Positions 54,539-58,880 of a DNA stretch of 58,880 nt are shown here, in pieces (the stretch's first letter is position 1; the number at the start of each line of letters is the position of its first letter). Made by a program: the position numbers and the translations under genes. The notes beneath the pieces are model-generated. The model was not told the origin of the DNA and searched no databases. It saw only the letters and a list, made by a program, of their open reading frames with translations. Source of the DNA: Spirochaetales bacterium (GTDB taxonomy: Bacteria; Spirochaetota; Spirochaetia; Treponematales; Treponemataceae); assembly GCA_028725265.1 (NCBI GenBank), contig JAQYSN010000039.1, positions 1 to 58,880 on the forward strand, in the 5' to 3' direction.

Positions 54539-55411
54539 CTACATCAAAACTTTTCTTAAACCGTACTCTACGATGTCCGTAGCACCAAGTTCGTGAAGTT
54601 TCGGAAGCAAAGTCGGAACTTCGCCTTTTTTGACGGCAATTTTTACTGCATAGCCGTCGTTTCCGAAAAGCGGGCTGACTGTCGGACTTTTCATACTCGG
54701 CATTGATTTAATCAAATTGTCGAACTTGTCTTTTGCGACGTTCATTTCAAGCATGACTCTTCCGCGCGCGTTCAAAACGCACTCGAAAAGCATCTTGAGT
54801 TCCATAATTTTCTGCTTTTTTTCTGGATTGGCCATCGCTTCTTTTGAAGCATACATTCTGGTCGAACTTTCCATCAAAGTATCGACGATTTTAAGTCGGT
54901 TCGCGCGCAAACTAGAACCTGTCGATGTGTTATCAATCAAAATCTGTGCCATTGCATCTTCGTTGTCCTGCACGAAGCCTTCGCTCGTTCCCCATGTGCG
55001 GAAAATTTCGCCGTTGATTTTCTTTTCGGCGATGTATTTTTTGGTAAGTGCATTGTATTCGGTTGCAATTGTAACCTTGCCTTTAAGAAGCGTGTCGTAA
55101 TCTTTCGTTTCTGGAATTGCGGCAACGATTCTAACCGGGTCAAAGCCCAAATCCATAATCTCGATTACATCGTCCTGAACGCCGTTTTCATAGACCCAGT
55201 CTTTTCCGCTAAAGCCCACATCGGCCTTGTTCTGCGCCAAAAGTGCGCTCGTAATCTGAGGTTTTACAACCTGAAAAGCTAAATCTTCCTGGTTCGTGGT
55301 CGGAAAATACGTGCGATCCGGCAAATTGATTGTGATTCCCACATCGTTCAAAAGTTCGCAAACAGAATCGTAGATTCTTCCCTTAGCCAACAATATCTTA
55401 AGTTTTTCCAT
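54539..55411 (-). CDS. hisG: ATP phosphoribosyltransferase (long form)
   Basis: 290 aa; LAKGR...DVGFSGKDW...TGSSLRAN pattern. Confidence 0.9.
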   Translation of the reverse strand: MEKLKILLAKGRIYDSVCELLNDVGITINLPDRTYFPTTNQEDLAFQVVKPQITSALLAQNKADVGFSGKDWVYENGVQDDVIEIMDLGFDPVRIVAAIPETKDYDTLLKGKVTIATEYNALTKKYIAEKKINGEIFRTWGTSEGFVQDNEDAMAQILIDNTSTGSSLRANRLKIVDTLMESSTRMYASKEAMANPEKKQKIMELKMLFECVLNARGRVMLEMNVAKDKFDNLIKSMPSMKSPTVSPLFGNDGYAVKIAVKKGEVPTLLPKLHELGATDIVEYGLRKVLM

Positions 55412-55594
55412 AGTTTTTCTCCTGTTTATAATTTACAAAGATATACAATGATTTATTTTTTTGGGTGTCTAAATAGTCGTTTTATTTCCACTTTTGCTTC
55501 AATATTTGCGACTCGCAAATAATTAATAAGCTGCGCCTATTACTTTTTCTGTAATTTCATTATCTGTCAATTTAAAACTTATCCTTGTTTTTTC

Positions 55595-55730
55595 TAACAA
55601 ATAACGCCTTTGGTTGAAGGAATTTTTACGCGCAAGCGCGAATCGAAATTCCTTCTCCGTTTTAACAAATTATGCCTTTTGTCGAAGGAATTTCGCCGCC
55701 ACGACGAGCGTCGATTTCCGTTGCCTGCCT
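55595..55730. repeat. 68-bp degenerate tandem duplication of the hisB 3' end
   Basis: Copy A (55595-55662) is about 70% identical by eye to copy B (55663-55730, the real gene end). Copy A still translates to ..KIPSTKGVIC* versus the genuine ..EIPSTKGIIC*. Confidence 0.65.
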
Positions 55731-56297
55731 GATTGCACGAGCGGCCGCCTTGAAAAGTCCTTCCATTTTGTGGTGGTCGCTTCTTCCGCGGATTGTGTCC
55801 AAGTGCAAATTGCATTTTGCGCTACTAACGAAGCCCTGCCAAAAATCCTCGAAACAGTCGGTCTGGAAACTGTACTGTTTTTCTTCGCCAGTCTTTTCGT
55901 CCTTTCCCATCGAAACCAGCGGAATTCCGCTCAAGTTTGCCTCGCATACGAGAAATGGGCGGCCGCCGAAGTCCACGGCTGCACGGCACAAGCTTTCGTC
56001 CATCGGGTAAAGGCACGAACCGCTTCGGAAAATGCCTGCACAGTCGCCGAGTGCTTTCGCAAATGCCATCCCGAGTGCGATTCCTGTATCTTCAATTAAA
56101 TGGTGCTGGTCTACTTCCAGGTCGCCTTTCAATGTTCCGCTTAAATCGAAAAGTCCGTGTTTGCAGAAAGAATTGAGCATGTGTCCGAAAAATCCTATCG
56201 GGCAAGATACATCGCATTTTCCGCTTCCGTCCAAATTCAGCGTCAAAGAAATCTGAGTTTCTTTCGTATTTCGTTCAATTGTCGCTACTCGTGCCAT
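55662..56297 (-). CDS. hisB: imidazoleglycerol-phosphate dehydratase
   Basis: 211 aa; RNTKET.I...L.LDG, DQHHLIEDTGIALG, HH..E motifs. Confidence 0.95.
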   Translation of the reverse strand: MARVATIERNTKETQISLTLNLDGSGKCDVSCPIGFFGHMLNSFCKHGLFDLSGTLKGDLEVDQHHLIEDTGIALGMAFAKALGDCAGIFRSGSCLYPMDESLCRAAVDFGGRPFLVCEANLSGIPLVSMGKDEKTGEEKQYSFQTDCFEDFWQGFVSSAKCNLHLDTIRGRSDHHKMEGLFKAAARAIRQATEIDARRGGEIPSTKGIIC

Positions 56298-56377
56298 AAT
56301 TGTCTCCTAAATACTAAAGCTTTCTTCGATGTTTTCGCATGCTGTTTTAGGCGAAAACTCGTTGGCAGCAATTGTAT

Positions 56378-57694
56378 TTAAAGCTGCCTAGCTTCCATAT
56401 AAAATCGTTTTTCGCTTGCTTCACCCATAGAAAAACTCTTTCGTGGCAGGCTTCCTGTATTTGCAATCGTTGCAAAAAAAGTGTCTTTCGCAATCGGTGG
56501 AAGCAGGATTGAGGTCGCCGCCGTTGTGCCAGAAACAATGCTTCCTCCGAGCCTGAAAACTTCATCGCTTCCGTGGATATAATCGATATCCTCTTTGCTG
56601 TTTCCGTTAGCACTCAAAAATTCGTCCAATGCAGGCTGCAGTGCACTTACTGCCAAATCCGTAATAGGAGTTTTCAGCAACGTGAATTTTTTCTTTCCGC
56701 CATTTGAGTAGACAAAACCAAAATCTGCCTTTGATGAACCGACAGCCTTTTCGAGAGCTGCTTCATCTGCAACTTCTTCAATCGTTCCGTTAAGGTGGGT
56801 TTTCATCGCTTCAAGCAATTTTTCCGAATCAACATTGAAAAGAACACGGTGGATTGGCTCAAAAGTAAGTCCTTCGTCATAAATATTTACGATTTCAACG
56901 AGTGCGTATCGTGCAGGACTGTCGCTCGGTGCGCCTTCTTCTTTAAGTTTGTTCCAGATTGTCTTAGCCGTTGCAAGCGAATGATTTCCATCGCCAACAG
57001 CGAACATAAAAACACTTCCGTCCGATTGAGTCTGAGTTGCAGCGATTTTTTCAAGTGCGTTTACTACATTGCCGTTGATAACAGAATCTTCAACTTTCCA
57101 GCCCGAAATCGAACCGGAATTCATCATCAGTTTTGTTTCGTAAAGCGGTTTTCCGTTCTTTGCAAGCTCGCCGGTTTTTTCAACCAAACTTTTATCCGCA
57201 TCGTTTACCAAAAGCATGATGTGAGGCAATTCCAAGCAAGCGTTCTTTCGGATTTCTACGCGTGGAGGGATTCTCTCCAAAATTGTAGCCTCTGTTGCAC
57301 GAATCTGCGCTTTCATTTCTGGCTTCCAATCGTATTTTTCAAGGTCGATTGCGGTAACCAAACCTTTTCGAGTTCGACCAAATTCAGTTTTTCTTTCTAT
57401 GTAAACGATATTTTTTACAGGATTAGAAAAAACTCCGTCAGCCAAATATTTTTTCATTGTTGAATTGATTTTTTCGATTCGTGCTGCCTTGTCGCCGTCG
57501 TTCAGGTAAACTTCAGGCAAAGTGATTCGCAAGGTCGAAGGAACTTCCCCAACGAAATCTTCAACTTTTTTCCAATAATCGCGGTCCTGCGTATACTGAT
57601 CGCAAGCGATAACCGCCCATTTTTCCAAATCTGTGCCATCTTTTGGCAATAAAATTTCAGGGATTTTCAATCCGTACTTTTCGATTGTTTCCAT
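56378..57694 (-). CDS. DUF1015 family protein
   Basis: 438 aa; overall pattern (..VIACDQYT.., GDGNHS) recalls DUF1015; from memory only. Confidence 0.55.
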   Translation of the reverse strand: METIEKYGLKIPEILLPKDGTDLEKWAVIACDQYTQDRDYWKKVEDFVGEVPSTLRITLPEVYLNDGDKAARIEKINSTMKKYLADGVFSNPVKNIVYIERKTEFGRTRKGLVTAIDLEKYDWKPEMKAQIRATEATILERIPPRVEIRKNACLELPHIMLLVNDADKSLVEKTGELAKNGKPLYETKLMMNSGSISGWKVEDSVINGNVVNALEKIAATQTQSDGSVFMFAVGDGNHSLATAKTIWNKLKEEGAPSDSPARYALVEIVNIYDEGLTFEPIHRVLFNVDSEKLLEAMKTHLNGTIEEVADEAALEKAVGSSKADFGFVYSNGGKKKFTLLKTPITDLAVSALQPALDEFLSANGNSKEDIDYIHGSDEVFRLGGSIVSGTTAATSILLPPIAKDTFFATIANTGSLPRKSFSMGEASEKRFYMEARQL

Positions 57695-57739
57695 ATAATG
57701 AAGTATACAGAAAAAATGGTGTTTGTGCTACAATAAACC

Positions 57740-58880
57740 ATGCCCTCTCAGTTTTTCGGCCAGGTTCAAAGGCAAAGTCAGTCACAAAAACTTTCTCAGG
57801 TGATGATACAGTCCATCGGTTTGCTTTCAAATTCAACGGATGAACTGCGCGAGAAAATCTACACCGAAGCCGAAAAAAATCCTGCACTTGAAATCGTTCG
57901 TGATGGAAAACTTTCGACGGTCACGGACTATTCGGCCAGCTTTTCCGGTTCTGCTCAAAGCGATAACTTTCAGTCTTTTTTGGAGAATTCTTCGGTTTTT
58001 GAAGAAACTTTGCAGGAACACTTGCTTTCTCAACTTGGCGAACTCAAACTTTCAAAGCGCGAGGAAGAGGCTGCCGAAACGATAATCCAAAATCTTAACG
58101 GAAAAGGATATCATATAATCCCACTCGAAAATCTTTTTCCGTCACGAGATTACCCAATTGCTATGAAGATGCTGCGTTTAATTCAGCAGTTCGATCCGAT
58201 TGGTGTTGCTGTTAAGGATTTACAGGAAAGCCTTTACATTCAAGCCAAGGCAAAGGGCGCTGATGATTTTACCTTAATTTTTATCAAGTATCATCTTCAA
58301 CTTTTGGAAACGATTCGACTCCCTTTAATTGTTCGAAAACTTTCGGAGAGCGGAATTAAAACGAGCGAGGCACAAATTGAAGATGTAATTTCGTTTATTA
58401 GGACGCTGGAACCTTATCCTGCACAAGATTTTGCAACAGGACGAAATTCTGTCGGAGGAGAGGGAGGCAATTTTATTTCTCCTGATGTTCGCGTTGTCAG
58501 GTCCGAAAAAGATGAAAAATCGGAATATTATGCCGAATTGATAAAAGAAAATCTGCCAATAGTTAAACTTAACGAAGAATATCTTAAATTAAAGGGCAAG
58601 GAAGCAAAAGACAATATTCTTGCTGCTAAAAATTTCATAAATTCTATTGAAACGCGGAACGAAACGCTGGAAAAAGTTGCGAATCTGATTGTCAAAGTCC
58701 AGAATGATTTTTTTGACAAAGGTGCCGAAGCATTGAAGCCTTTGAAAATGAAGGATGTTGCCGAAAAAGTTGGCGTGCACGAGTCAACGATAAGCCGAAT
58801 TGCACGGCGCAAATATCTTTTGTGTGACAGGGGAACCTTTGCACTCCGGTATTTTTTCACGGGAGAGGCAGGTAGCAGGG
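57740..58880 (+). CDS. rpoN: RNA polymerase sigma-54 factor (5' partial, runs off the window)
   Basis: Open frame from ATG 57740 to the window end (absent from the ORF track because it has no stop). It has a Gln-rich region I ..QRQSQSQKLSQVMIQSIGLL.., an HTH region VAEKVGVHESTISR and the start of the RpoN box ARRKYL. Confidence 0.9.
   Translation, partial: MPSQFFGQVQRQSQSQKLSQVMIQSIGLLSNSTDELREKIYTEAEKNPALEIVRDGKLSTVTDYSASFSGSAQSDNFQSFLENSSVFEETLQEHLLSQLGELKLSKREEEAAETIIQNLNGKGYHIIPLENLFPSRDYPIAMKMLRLIQQFDPIGVAVKDLQESLYIQAKAKGADDFTLIFIKYHLQLLETIRLPLIVRKLSESGIKTSEAQIEDVISFIRTLEPYPAQDFATGRNSVGGEGGNFISPDVRVVRSEKDEKSEYYAELIKENLPIVKLNEEYLKLKGKEAKDNILAAKNFINSIETRNETLEKVANLIVKVQNDFFDKGAEALKPLKMKDVAEKVGVHESTISRIARRKYLLCDRGTFALRYFFTGEAGSR

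Noticed and set aside
58528-58860. 110-aa minus-strand ORF at the window end
   Set aside because: It is antisense to the clearly recognisable rpoN reading frame (HTH and RpoN-box region).

Overview
This 58.9-kb chromosomal window comes from an AT-leaning anaerobic spirochaete, most likely Treponema-like. The evidence is a FlaB-type periplasmic flagellin, TIGR01784/Rpn paralogs, PFOR, [FeFe] hydrogenases and sigma-54. I recognised no rRNA, tRNA or CRISPR array. Most of the window is housekeeping. In order, it holds M23 peptidase-bactofilin-YaaR-PSP1, PFOR, two paralogous 'small 2Fe-2S ferredoxin + [FeFe] hydrogenase' modules, mnmA, flaB, tex, and a large lipoprotein + beta-barrel pair. These are followed by a DAACS symporter, NIF3, ComM/YifB, YqeY, htpG, feoAB and hsp20. 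The window ends with a PTS-EIIC-like protein, a MATE pump, an OMP, an orphan FliM-like protein, hisG/hisB, DUF1015 and the 5' part of rpoN. The second hydrogenase module is a HydS-type sensory hydrogenase followed by a PP2C phosphatase. Two accessory regions stand out. (1) A decayed ~1.9-kb islet (31926-33836) is bounded by a perfect 24-bp direct repeat that duplicates the last codons of htpG. It carries a degraded Rpn nuclease gene. (2) A ~9.5-kb defence island (about 39600-49056) lies between hsp20 and the EIIC-like gene. It holds VapBC, an intact Rpn nuclease, a Type III R-M system with a divergent XRE regulator, an AbiL/RloA-RloB-like pair with a truncated RloB, and a three-gene cassette. 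That cassette (45740-47257) is AT-rich, translationally coupled and made of unknown proteins. Its first protein carries an xHH...DH motif suggestive of a beta-beta-alpha-metal nuclease toxin, and it is my best candidate for an undescribed toxin/immunity or anti-phage module. Other notable signals: a consensus sigma-54 promoter with upstream dyad repeats in front of hsp20, a C9 tract in the htpG/feoAB divergent region, related GC-rich intergenic patches, degenerate duplications of gene 3' ends (tex, hisB, htpG), and several structured intergenic elements. All protein family calls rest on motif recognition by eye, not on database searches.
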